NCBI GenBank assembly: GCA_020137815.1
Contig: CM035361.1
Coordinates: forward strand, 4,836,001 to 4,900,000
Source: Hormiphora californensis
Taxonomy: Eukaryota > Animalia > Ctenophora
Reading direction: 5' to 3'
Length of the DNA stretch: 64,000 nt
Position 1 is the first letter of the stretch. Every line of letters begins with the position of its first letter. Positions 1 to 13,200 of this stretch are shown piece by piece. Under the pieces are notes generated by a model, which did not search any database, was not told where the DNA came from, and was given only the letters and a program-made list of their open reading frames with translations. A program made the translations under genes and the position numbers.

Positions 1-65
1 TCGCACGCGCTCGCGCCTATCAGATAGATCGAATCTTCTCTCTCTTCTTAGCTTCTATAGAGAGC

Positions 66-98
<33 letters not shown>

Positions 99-234
99 CA
101 TCGTTGTGGTAGATAAACAATTGTTTTGGTGGAAACGATTCGACACAATACATTTTATCGTCAACGATCTATCACGTGACACAAATACCCATAGATGGTA
201 TGCCCATAATCCATATATGGTGTGTTTTACTCAC

Positions 235-1879
235 GTGATATCTTTGCATGTTCCAGTGAAAATGTAGACTAAAACTCCCACAAATGAAGCGTAGAGTCCA
301 TAGTTAGGTGGTAACTCTGAAATTAGTTATATATAGGTTAGTTATTCGAGTATTCTACAGTCGGACCCCGATTTAACGGCACCCTCGGGGGAAAGGGTTT
401 TGTCCGTTAAATCGGGGTGTCCGTTAAATCGGGGTAGAGCATATTTGGCCCATAAAACTCTATTTTTGTCCAAAATGCTATACTAAAACACCTCTAAGTG
501 TTAAATGCAATGTCCATGTATTGATTACATGATCATTTCTGATTAGAAAAAGAAAGTAATTTCAAAATAATTTCAAAATAAGTTATAAAAATTTTCTAAG
601 GTACTATATCAACCATGTCCGAATCGTTTATCGAATCAGTGCATCTTATTGCATGTCTTGCTGCTAATTAGACGAACCGATACGTGATACCATGCCGAAT
701 CGGGGCACTTTAAGCGGGGTGATGAAGAATTTGAATTTCAAAATATATTTTTCTCTGAAAATTCATGGGGAGCACCGATCAAAGCACTGACAATCATTCT
801 GTAAAATTTTGCAAAAAAAAGTTATGAAAATTTTTCAAAGGTATATCAACCACGTCCGAATCGTGTTTCGAATCAGTGCATCTTATCGCACGTCCTGTCG
901 CTAATTAGACGATTCGAAACGAACCGATACGTGATCCCCATGAGGCCAGTTTAACAAGCGTCAAAATTGCGATTCGATGGGTCTCATGGGGATCACATAT
1001 CTGTTCGTTTCAAACCGTCTAATTACCGGCAAGACATGCAATAAGATGCACCGATTCGAAACACGATTCGGACGTGGTTTTTCAAAAAAATTTCAAAAAA
1101 AAATTTTTGGGGGAAATTTATCCTGCCGTTAAATCGGGGTGCCGCTAAATCGGGGGCCGTTAAATCGGGGTCCGACTGTATATATAATATAGTTAGAGTA
1201 TTTCATGCTGAGGTATGAGAGTATAAAAAACATGAAAGAGTTTGACCGGATATGAAAAAGAAAATATGCATTGGAAATAATGTAAACCCGGAAAATCAAG
1301 GGACAAGGGGATATTTATGTATAGGTTTTGCTACCCCATTTCTCTCTCCACATACATGACAGGAAATTACAGGCTGCCTCCTAAAACCTTGTCTATAGGT
1401 AATGTAACTTGTTTGAAAATATATTGCAATACGCATTAAAACTACCTGCTAAGTGAGCGTACGCCAACCCTTGAGGTATTACCATCATACCGACTGTGAG
1501 ACCTGTAAAAGCGTTAAATTATTATTAAATGTGAATATATTTGAAGAGGAATCTATCCGAAGTCTATTAAAACACTATTTTGGTTTCTAAAACTAGGAAA
1601 AAGGAAATTGTTATTGAAGCCAGTGGGCTTACTAGTATGTACATACCTGCTATAATGTCTCCTTGCAGGCATTTCAGATTGTAACCTCGGATCCAATCTA
1701 TACATGGCACTTTTGAGCGTAGGTATCGTCGAATCTTGGACCCGCTACATAGCCCCCCTGTTTCCATTCCACCCTAGAGTGAATGTTCTTTAAGATAACT
1801 TAATTACTAATTAGGGAGACATACTTCAAAATGCTTAGCTCGAGGGACGAGGTTGCATCGCCAAGGAGAATCGTGGGGT
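235..1879 (-). CDS. SLC26/SulP anion (sulfate) transporter, SLC26A11-like; 5' exons only, gene continues beyond window start
   Basis: GT-AG exons ~1825-1879, ~1647-1773, ~1447-1503 and 235-316 splice to ...VPCIDWIRGYNLKCLQGDIIAG-LTVGMMVIPQGLAYAHLA-ELPPNYGLYASFVGVLVYIFTGTCKDIT, the SLC26 N-terminal signature. Start codon uncertain. Confidence 0.9.
358..1178. mobile_element. Tc1/mariner (pogo-like) non-autonomous element, family CAGTCGGACCCCGATTTA
   Basis: TIRs CAGTCGGACCCCGATTTAACGGC...GCCGTTAAATCGGGGTCCGACTG, TA TSD; inverted near-copy at 36391-37412. Confidence 0.9.
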
Positions 1880-2373
1880 CTGTGAGAGTTCAATTCAATG
1901 GCAATTGGCAGTGCATTTTGGACCTAATCAAGTTAAAAACTTTGTAACTTTGTAATCAACTTCATATATCAACATATAATGGTGTCAGTCCAATCGAACA
2001 TCCCCCGCACAAACAGTCCCACGGGACCATTCCAGAATTGAATTGTTGTTTTGACGGCTGTATCCGGCGCGGTGTATAATGTGATTGGAGCTCCATTGGA
2101 TAAAACAAAAATGATTAGAGGTATGTAATACGACTCATACAAACCGCAAGGCGAGAACAGCGGGCCTCAGATGAAATCTCGGAAAACTTTAAAAACTTGC
2201 CGGAAATTCCGTAAAAAAATTTGCCACAAATTTGGGTTTTGATTTGGATTTTGACTGCGCGGCTCTCAAATGCAGCGTAATTTTTAAACGCGCGCGTCCG
2301 CGCGCACCTCGAACTGGGCTGGATTTATTTTTTATGAGGCCCCTCGGAAATGTTCAAGTCATGCACAATCAAG

Positions 2374-3862
2374 AGGGATCCCTAAAAAAGTTCAGTATTT
2401 ACACAGAGTTTACACAGTCTTTAATGTCGGATTTTTTGAAGTTGTCACCCCAAAATGACCGCGCATGTGAAATTTATCAATTTTGACGCGCACACCACAC
2501 GTTAACCCTTTGGGGACGATAAGCCCCCTGTCGACAGAATTCTCTAAAACTTTCTGGAGACACTCACTTTGAACCTACTTGAACGCAGGAAAAGGAATTT
2601 TGGTTCTACCACCTGTATTTCTATTGGGTCACCTGTGACCCAATCGTCCCCTAACGCTAAAATAGGAATTGAGATTTTGCCGCTATTTTGCCCGATAACT
2701 CGAAAACCGCTCATTTTAGACCCTATGTTTGTTCATAACACTTATATAAACCCGGCCATTCTGCACAGTTTGCACACCTATGGGCCTCTCTATCTCATCT
2801 GTAGCCGATTTTAGAATTTCAAAATTGGCCGAGATGAAAAATTTTCTGAAGGAGCACGGATCTCAAAAATTTTTTCATCGACTCCCTAAGATGTTGAGAT
2901 AACAATGATGGAGTCGTTTGGTCGCTAGCACCTGTTTAAAAAATGCCGTTTTAGACTTTTATCGGGGGCCATTCCTTTAGAAATGCTCGTAAAATGCAAA
3001 TTCCTGTTTTAGCGTTAGGGGACGATTGGGTCACAGGTGACCCAGCACTTTGAAGGCCTCTGAGAGGCACAAAATTTGGAATATCACCCTGAAACTTTAC
3101 CCCGGGGTAAAATACACACTTTTCTTGCATTTTCCAAGTCCATTTTAAGTATACTCGTACCAATTTTGAGATATGGCCATTATTAAACTACCCCTTTTGC
3201 CTACCAAATGCACTGTTTTAGCCCTGTTTTCCAAAGTCGACAACTTCAGAGGCTCAAAACGACCTCAAAATGCTAGAAAAATGTATGGTTCAACCCTGGA
3301 AACGATTTAAAACTTTCAAATATGGTCTAGAAAGACGCTATATGGGTTCAAAGTTGTGGGTCACCTGTGACCCAATCGTCTCCAAAGGGTTAACATGTGA
3401 TGTGACGCGCAAAAACATTCCGCGCACGAAAAGGGGGGTGACAACTTCAAAAAATCCGACTTTACACAGTCGTTACACCCAGAGCGCCCGCGCCGCTCTG
3501 GGTGTAAAGACTGCGTCTTTCGCACTCGATTTGCAGCGTTTTCGGAAACTTTTTTCGCCGCAGCGCTCAATTTACTCAATTGTGCAGCACACAATCCAAT
3601 ATTTTCGTAGAAAAAGCCGCAAAACGCAGCACGCGACGCTCTGGATGTAATGACTGTGTAAAGACTGTGTAAAGTCCATTTTTATTCAACTGTTCACCCT
3701 CCAACTCGTGCGCGTGCGATATTTTAATTTACGCTGCGCGCGCTACACGTTAACATGTGATAAACGCGCAAAACAATTCCGCGCACGACTTTGGGGGGTG
3801 AACAGTTGAAAAAAAATGGAGTATAAACTCTGTGTAAATACTGAACTTTTTTAGGGATCCCT
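2374..3862. mobile_element. Non-autonomous TIR element with AGGGATCCCTAAAAAAG termini and 2-bp AG duplication
   Basis: ~39-bp TIRs; related shorter copy at 20042-20488. Confidence 0.8.
2506..3389. mobile_element. piggyBac-like non-autonomous element
   Basis: TTAA on both sides; TIR CCCTTTGG(G/A)GACGAT. Confidence 0.85.
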
Positions 3863-3864
3863 AG

Positions 3865-4825
3865 TACGGTGGCAGATTCCGTTTTTTTCAATCAAGTGAA
3901 ATATTTTTGTTTGAAGTTTTATAAGAATTTTATTTCAAAATAAACATGTCGTTGAAATTATTGGCCGGAATCTGCCACGCGAGTGGCAGATCTCGGCCAA
4001 AATTCTAAAAAAACCTTGGCCAGAATCTGCCAACCACGTGGCAGATTCCGGCCAACAAACTGAAACTTACTTATATCAAAGCGAAAACCGCTGTACCCGA
4101 CTAATTTTGATACGCTGAATCACGTAAGCAACTTTTCCAATCCCTCAGAGGTCGGGAAAGTGTCCTAATTGAGCATAATAGGGTCTAATTGACCCCACTT
4201 ACAACTTTTCACCTGGAAACGATAGACGCTTATGTGAAGGTACTTTTCCGAGTAATTTTGATACGCTGAATCACGTAAGCAACTTTTCCAAGCCCTCCGA
4301 GGTCGGGAATTTGGCCTAATTAAGTATAATTAGGTCTAATTGGCCTTAATTGCTCAATTAGGGCACTTTCCCGACCTCAGGGGGTATTGAAAAATAGCTT
4401 ACGTGATTCAGCTTATCAAAATTAGTCGGAAAAGTGCCTTCACATAAGCGACTATCGTTTCCAGGTGAAAAGTTGTAAGAGGGGTCAATTAGACCCTATT
4501 ATGCTCAATTAGGACACTTTCCCGACCTCTGAGGGATTGGAAAAGTTGCTTACGTGATTCAGCGTATCAAAATTAGTCGGGTATAGCGGTTTTCGCTTTG
4601 ATATAAGTAAGTTTCAGTTTGTTGGCCGGAATCTGCCACGTGGTTGGCAGATTCTGGCCAAGGTTTTTTTAGAATCTTGGCCGAGATCTGCCACTCGCAT
4701 GGCAGATTCCGGCCAATAATTTTAACGGCATGTTTATTTTTATTTTGAAATAATTTTTTTATAAAACTTCAAGCAAAAATATTTCACTTGACTAAAAAAA
4801 CACTTGGCCGGAATCTGCCACCGTA
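3865..4825. mobile_element. Fold-back element, IS3EU-like (TACGG...CCGTA termini, 6-bp TSD ATCAAG)
   Basis: Almost the whole 960 bp is an inverted repeat. Removing the 2374-3862 insertion restores ATCAAG on the left, matching 4826-4831. Confidence 0.75.
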
Positions 4826-5040
4826 ATCAAGTCACGCCCACCAATCACAGCTCAGAACGCGCGAAGCACTCCGCACGTTCTGAGCTGTGATTGGTGGGCG
4901 TGACTTGATTGTGCATGACTTGAACATTTCCGAGGGGCCTCATACTAAATTTAAAACTTCAAAACTTCAACACGCAAAACTTCAAAAACTTCAAACTTTT
5001 AAAGGACAAAGGTATGCTATAACAACGTTTTACCTCACGG

Positions 5041-7437
5041 TCACCTACACTGTTCAGATCTCAGCGACACTATCTCATCGTTTATCAGCACCATAGGAAT
5101 TCCTAGACTTCCACTCCTCTCTTTTCTTCCTTCTGGAGGAGCGAGATTGTCCCCTGATGTGTCTCCACTCGATCTACCCTGTTCTCCTGATCGCCGTATC
5201 TTTCTCACCCGATTCTTAATTCCTCTTTTCATTTTCAGGAGGGGTGAAGCTGATTCCTCCTGTTCTTGTCGGTGTCTTCGAACTCTCAGTTCGTCGGAAA
5301 TCATTGCAAATAGCTGAACACACAGCTCGGCCAGTAGCTTTCTATCCAAGTTTGCTGATAGGACCTCCAAAATAAAGCGAATAGAGCTGCTCGACCCAAA
5401 ATACAATTTCCGAATAGTCGGTAGGGATTTGTGTTTCTGGAGTCCACTGTTTACGAGAAACGAATTCAAATGAAAACCGGGAAGCATAAGTTTTGCTAGC
5501 GTTATTAGGCAAGTTATGATGTTGAGAAGGAGGGATGCAAAGAGGAAGAACCAGTAGATAAGGAAGATGTACTGATTTAACATGTTGATCCCCAGCATAC
5601 ACATACCCTTATCAACCTCCATGCCTGAAACAAGGAATGAGATATTTATATTAGTAGCTTTATCTGTGTTCATATTATGTGAAAGGGAAACGTTCACTAA
5701 TTGTGCAAAAGAGGAAAATCACTATTCAGAAAGGATAAAGAAAGATTTCTAAAATAATAATTATTAGTTTACCTGACACTCCGTAACGTTTAAGCTCGCA
5801 CGCTGCAACTTTCGGGAAAATTTTCTCCTGGATTAGACTCCTCATGTTATTCAATGGTGATGATCCCTGAGAGATTTAAATTTACACATGTTTAATTTCC
5901 CACTGTAGACCACTTTTTCCGTCCTATACTACTGACCAACATTAGATTGAACTAAGATCATCATATATGGCAATATTCAATATTTATAATTGTGGGCCCC
6001 TCTTACTAGCACATACATGCCCGCAGCGTATGTCTACTTTCTAATTTTTATTTGTATACCTCCCATAGAAGCCCGTATTTGGCAAAAGAATCAAATTTGA
6101 ACATCTTCTGAGTCAAATAGATGGTAGATACAGACACGGTCAAGTACAAGACCTGAAACGAAACATTTTGTTAATTATACAAACAACGTAGACAGGCCTG
6201 TACAGGATTTCTCAACACCATAATATGTAATTTAGTTCATTGAACACATCTCACTTTAACTGCAATGGCGACAATCCCAAGGCGGTGGGCGACAGTCAAA
6301 GAGCTGTAGAGGGAGTTTCGGTTTAGGCAGACGGACGATTGGAGGTACAGCCACACGCACCCTCTCCTGATGAGCTCTTTCTTCTCTCTCCCATCCTCAA
6401 CCTGAAGAAGAGTGTCCCGTGATATATACATATAATATGCCCATATTTGGTCTGGATCACGTGGTATGCCCATATATGGTGCCTGGAATAAATGTTTACC
6501 GGGTTTTGTAGAAGGTCAATTATCTCCTTGAGTCGGTTGAATCCCCACAGTTTATACATCTTGTAAGGGAAGAAGAAAAACGCTGAAGTCATCCAAAAAT
6601 AGAACATAACAAATGGGTACCTGTGGGAGAAATGTTTATTAGTTAACTCCATATATGGGCATCACGTGACACACTCCATTGATAGACATTTATACCTACC
6701 AGGTATGGTAAATTCGAGTGAAAGGTTTAACTTCGTGTGATTTTGGGCAGTTTATCTTGCTCCCGTTCAGCAGTTGGTACTCCATGCACGCGGGTATCTC
6801 CTCTGGCAGTATTCCTGTTGAATTAATTCAGTTCATCAATGATCAACGGTTCATTATTAAAACGTAAAACTAGAAAGACGGACAGAAAAACAGTCAGTTT
6901 TTAAAACAGAGAGACGCACACAGACAGACAGACAGATAGACAGACGACAGACAGACAGACATGTCTGCAGACAGACACAGACATACAGACGCTAACCAGG
7001 ATAAGGGCTGACAACATTACTCATTTCATAAGCCTCTTTCAAAGTGTAAATTCCCCTAGCCCAACACCAGTCTTCTGCGAACCTTTCTCTTTGCGGGGGA
7101 AAACCATCACAAGCTATACTGGGTCCACCCAGAAGCTGTCTGAAATTACAAATTAAAGTAATTTTAGAACTGCCAATTTGTTGTTTTTTACCTAAAAAGG
7201 ATAGTTTTGAGATGGTTGACATAAAAAACGATGTGAGTGACTCATTCATATGCCCAAATATAGAACCAAGTGATGCCCACATATGGAAGCATACCTGATA
7301 GTAAGAACAACGGCAAAGGTCAGAGAGAGGTAGAACATAAAGACTCGGTTGAACTGTGCGTACCAGTCGTCAATGTTAATCGCCTTCACAGGAGCAGTGC
7401 AGCGCCCAACAACGGGAAACAGCACTTCTAGTCCCAT
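5041..7437 (-). CDS. Innexin (gap junction / hemichannel protein), 8 exons; 'innexin A'
   Basis: Spliced product MGLEVLF...IDDWYAQFNR...IACDGF...FAEDWCWARG...YHTWYPFVMFYFW...IFPKVAACELKRYG...GMCMLGINMLNQYIFLIYW; conserved extracellular-loop cysteines; GT-AG junctions in phase. Confidence 0.93.
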
Positions 7438-7743
7438 GGTTGCTAAAGTGTTTTGTTGTTATGATCTGTGTGTTTGTATTAGTAAATGCTGTCAGGCCGA
7501 TGCTCTCAGTGGGGGTTGATGGTTAGGCCGATGCTCTGACCGCAGTCAGGCCAATGCTCTGACAGAGTAAATCATGCGATGTTGGGGAGAAGCCGAGAAG
7601 GTGTCAAAATTATCACAAAACCAACTCAATTTTATAAATATACTCGTTTGAACAATCAACTTTCAGTCTTCCACAATCTGTTAATAATGGTCATTGTTCA
7701 TCCTTCTGATGACTTCCCATATATGGTAACTTCCCATATATGG

Positions 7744-10155
7744 TCATTTCCCCAGATCATTCATTGGATACCAATCCCTGCCTGGTACATTAAAGATGGG
7801 CTGGTAGGCAGAGCTTTGTTGGGGGTTCTTTACCAGTCGTCCCATGTCAATATACCGTAACAGGTACTGCATTAGTTCGTCGCACACCTGGGGGGTAAAG
7901 ATTGGAAAACCCCAGCAGAATTTCCGTTTTTCATTTGAAGCTTTGTTTTAATTCGTTCTGTGGGGAGCGTGGAGATGCAGTACGATCAGTTCAAGCGAGA
8001 TCAACTCGATACAAATGTCAAAGACACAACATTTCTAGATCGCGTCCGCGGCCGTCCATAAATAGCGATCTGTAAACAAGTTCAGAGGACTCCACCAACA
8101 GGAGCCTCCAAACACGGAGTCCCAGGGAGTATATTTAAGTATACTCCCTGGGACTCCTTGCTTGGATATCCTATGGACTATTTACGGACCACTTTTTAAT
8201 TGATTCACGCCTGACACGGTTTATTCAAAATTTAAAGAAAAGGCAAGTGACAACTGTGTGTGAATTGTTCCGGACATGATAATTTAAGGATAGAAGTACC
8301 TTGGGCGAGCAGTTGTTGGCGATGATTCTCAGAATGATGCGTCCTGATCCCCCTATCGTGTGATAAAGTGTCCGTATCCGCGGGGAATCCTCCACATAGG
8401 AACTACCGAGAAACCGTCTGTAACTTATCTCCGGTCGGAGCTCACTTATCTGAAAATAACATCAGATCACGTGATGCCCATGTATGGTGTTGGTGGGGTA
8501 AACAGTGACGTCATACGTTTGTGTTCTTACCAGAAGAGCCGTGACTCCAACAGCGTTGATCATTATCGATAGCACTACACATACCCAATACATTAGGAAT
8601 AAATACTGATAAAGGACGTTTCCTGGAAAGAAAAATTATAACGCGTTAGTAATACCGCGTTGTTTATACCGCGTGATATGCCCATTTATGGTATGCGTGA
8701 TATATACCTGCTAAAACACACATTCCATTCCATTCTTCCAATCCAGTCGCCCCAAATCGCTTTACCTCACAGGCAACCATTTTGGGAAAGAGCTTGTGCT
8801 CGATTGGAGTTATTAGCCGTGCTGTATCATTCTGAAACATAATACCCATATATGGTGTTGTTTATCACGTGATATGACCATATATGGTGTTGTTTATCAC
8901 GTGATATGACCATATATGGCATTTTGACAGTGTTATACCGGTGCTGGTATGTAGGCATGTTGATAGAGCCACGTTGTACCATACTGGTGAAACTGGGCAT
9001 TTTCTTGGTGAGTGGTAAACATCTTATCCGTTCCTTTGAGTAATAACACGCTAGAAAATAGCCATTTTTGGTAGTTATTTGGAAACATATGACCATATAT
9101 TCGGTAGTAATTCCGGAACATAAATCCATATTTGGTAATGCCTATAAAAGGTAATATATATACCTGATTCCAAGATACAGTACTTTCATTCCAAGCACTA
9201 AAACCAGATACCAGTTCCTCTGTACCACCCCTCGTATGGTGTTTCGTTGTTCAATGTAAACTGAAAACTGGGTGTCCAACCATTTTGCGGCTCTGTCAAT
9301 GTAAAACGGAAGTTCGTCCGAGAATTGCGGCTGATAGGTGTTGAGTCAGTGTCAATATCTGTTTTTTATATCGATACAATATTTGGCCGAAATACTTGAT
9401 TATCATGAATCAGGTATAGAAGTTCAAGATCTACGACATTGCAGTTTCACGAACTCACGCTATTTTGGAGAATCTGGACAACCTCCTTGACCTTTCTCAG
9501 CCCGCACAGTTTGTACATTCTCCAGGGGAAGAAAAACATGGAGGCAGCAATCCAAAAGTAGAAAATTATTATCGGATACCTACAGAGGGTTTAAAGTTTA
9601 AAAGCAGTTTACACATTATTGTCTCTGCGCACGTCGTTTGTGCCTTTCAAAGTATAGTAGAAATATCATTAAACCCGGATAATATCAAGCTTGGATTATG
9701 ATAACTTTGGTGATGTGGGAAACTGGGATACTTACCATTTCAAGTAAACCCGTTTGAAAGGTTTTATCTCGGAATGTGGCGGACATTCTATCCTTCCCCC
9801 ACCCACCAGATCTCGCTCTATACACACGTAGAGGTCTTCTGGGATGATTCCTGAAAGTGGGGGGGGGGTTTCAGGGTCATCTGACCCTTCCTACCGGTTA
9901 GGGAAATTAAACAACAAATTCATGACTGAGTAGCAAGAGTAGTAGTTGGCATCGGAACTAGAGAGCAATTTTTATAAAGTACCTGGAAATGGGGTGTGCT
10001 CCGGGCTAAGATCGTATGCCTCCTTCACTGTATACATTCCCCAGCTCCAGCAATACTCCTCAGCAAACCTTTGGAAGTTCTCTCTCTTTAGTTAATGTAA
10101 CAATCTCACTTGTTCTCTCTCTCTAGCTAACATAACAAACTCACTTATCTCTCCT

Positions 10156-10224
<69 letters not shown>

Positions 10225-13200
10225 TTAATATAACAAGTATTCCTCAGCAAACCTTTGGAAGTTGGATGTTGCCTCGGTATGTTCCGCACCCTGATAGAAT
10301 TGTTGATTGTTGACTGTTTAGTGACTGAACTTGTGTCTAGTAACTACATAGATTCTAACATCACAAGAGCCCCGAAACAACTTTTACATGACATGTTTCG
10401 ACTTTGGCCGTGCGGTTATAACTTTTGACAAAATATAATATTACAGTTCGAGTGAACTAAACTTTAAACATACATTTGGAGGAGTTTGAAAGTCCAGACA
10501 GTTTATGACGTCATACATCCAATGGTGGAACAGTACGGCAGTTCCAAATAGTACACTGATAAACACCATGAAGCCTCGGTTCCACCTGAAATATAGAGAT
10601 TACAAAGTTAAGGGGAAGGATGCTCCCGTTGCCATGTTGCCATAGTGACGGAAGGAGGTTTACAGGTAGTACACTGATAAACACCATGAAGCCTCTGTTC
10701 CATCTAAAATACGTATTGTTGCTGCTGTTAAGAGTGATTTTAAGACCGAGAAACACGAAATATTTCATTACACTTAATGTGTTTATTCTCTATGTGAAGA
10801 GCGATCGATAAATACTCCTTCACAAAATATTGGGCACGTCGCGCCCCCCATGTTCGCGCGCCCGTAGGGCGATCCCCTCACATAGGGGGCACAGTCACGA
10901 CTAGGGCACTCGTAGAATGCTTCGTTCTGCTAAACGGCGCTAGTTAGCGTTTTAATTTTTGGTTTTTCTGATCGGCCATGTTCTAAACGAGTGCAACGAA
11001 CATGTCTCGATTTGAAACTCTCAAAAACCGTGGCGTAATCGCCGATTTGCTCAAATCGGTTTTTTGGCAATTACGGGAGAACGGAATATCCATAAAATCC
11101 CAAATTCTGGGATATGGTAAAAGAGACAATTTGACACCTTCGTGTCGAAGGATTTGTCTCTTATTCTTCTGGTCTTCAACTGACGGCCATTTGAATTAAT
11201 TTGACCTCTCTTCCCCCGACCCTTAGTCCCACTAAACGACAGCTTTATAGGTAACCATCTCTTTTTCCCAGGTAGAGAATCCCTTGAACTGGTGCAACGT
11301 ATAGGTGGATAAGCCAGAAACGATTTCTGGACAGAGGAATCGACTCTCAAAGTTGGATGATTTCAAACAGTGATTGGACTTTTTGGGACACTTTGACTTT
11401 AAAAAGAGTGATACATTTATCATTTTCCGACATAATTTTACCTAATTTGACCAACTAAAGTGTTTAATTAATCGTTAATTGCTTAATTAAGAAAATCGGA
11501 CGCGCAAATATACAAACGCGCTTGTTTTGGATAGAAATTGCGCGCGCTGAAGAATCTTCAAAGTGAATCGTGACGGCGCGAACTGAAAAAGTTGCGCGGT
11601 TTTTTTTTTCGAAACTCGAAAAGTCAACAATATTTTGCGCACTATGCCTGCAGCAAAGACAAAACTTTTCCGGAACTATTGAAAATCTAAGCGATGAATT
11701 ATTCTGAGGCTCGAGCGACCTACAGAAAGTTCAGGACAGTGCGACACGATACATTTATGGGAAAAGAGGAAAACGCGGTGTAACAAAACTTCGCATGAAA
11801 TCACACTTCTTGCCTGTGAAACAGCGAAAAGAGTACAAAATTTGCTTGATGGTATACAAGACTCTTCATGATCAATCCCCTCCATACATGTCTGAGATGT
11901 TAGTGAAGCGGCCCCAGAAAGTGAAATCACTTCTAGTGGATAATGACGTCACCGCTCTGAAAGAGGTGCGGAGGAGTGAGTACCACTACGAAAACACTAG
12001 AGGCGCTTTCAGTATTGCTGCACCTAAATTATAGAATCAGCTACCACGATCAATCCGGGACTCGGAATCCCTTACTACTTTTAAAACATCCCTGAAGACG
12101 CACTTTAGTACATCCACATGGATTCCTGAGTAACTACTGTCTCCAACTCCTATTCCTGATTCATGGGCTCCCTTTTTCTCGTGTATTCCTTCACATCGAT
12201 ACCTGTATCCTTTCTCTCCTACATTATTCCGTGTTGATCCCTGGGTCCTCTACTCCTACCTCCTCCACATCGATCCCTGGGTCCTTTACTCCTACCTCCT
12301 CCATATCGATTCCTGGGTCCTTTCCCTACCTTGCTCCACATCGATCCCTGGGTCCTTTCCCACCCTCCTTCACATCGATCCCTGCGTCCTTTACTCCTAC
12401 CTCCTCCACATCGATTCCTGGGTCCTTTCCCTACCTTGCTCCACATCGATCCTTGGGTCCTTTCCCAACCTCCTCCACATCGATCCCTGGGTCCTTTACT
12501 CCTACCTCCTCCACATCGATCCCTGGGTCCTTTTCCTTGCGCTGCTCCATATCGAGCACATCCTCATTCCTCATTCAAATTATTTACAAAATCCCTTCTA
12601 CACGCTACTCTTCACTTGTTATCACGACAGTTTATTGATTCTGTTTTTTGTACATACATATACACACTGTTAAACCCAGCTAGAGGTAGCTACGTGTATT
12701 AGCGGGGTGTGGACAGTGTCCCCCCATTAGGGGATACCCGTTGTCAGGCACTGACTGTACAGTGTACACTGCACAACCTCACGTAGCCGCACCAGGCCTA
12801 AGGCTCGCCGCGAAGAGGACAGTCTTATATGAGACATGGATACCCGGTACTCCCTAACAATCCTTCTATGGCATGCCTGTGTAGGCCGGTATGGAGTAAC
12901 GTTTAAATAATTTATGGGGGACCCACTATGGGAAGCCCTATTGTATAAAACTTTTTATTTTTAAACATTGTAAACCTCTCTAGTGTGTTTCATGACGAAA
13001 CGGGGAAATCTGACGAGTGACGAAATGGATAAATCTGAATGAACGGTACACTCTGTTGCCCCTCCTCTTATAATACACGTCAACACTCAACATTTGGTTT
13101 TTCATAACAAAAACCCAGGATTTGATGCCCTCCAAACATCAATTTTATCACTTTTCTAGTTGGATACTGTGTTTAGTATCCCACGCTTGGCACTCTCAGA

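Larger units (their letters stand above)
2336..4941. mobile_element. ~150-bp palindromic MITE (GAGGCCCCTCGG termini, AT flanks; ISL2EU-like) expanded by three nested insertions
   Basis: TIR GAGGCCCCTCGGAAATGTTCAAGTCATGCACAATCAAG; AT on both sides; second copy 20019-20615. Superfamily inferred from the AT TSD. Confidence 0.8.

Noticed and set aside
12690-12910. GC-rich structured-looking segment; HDV-like ribozyme considered
   Set aside because: Could not assemble the P1-P3 pseudoknot; identity unresolved
13010-13030. CTGACGAGTGACGAAA hammerhead-like core
   Set aside because: Helix II is 1 bp and no helix I or III can be formed
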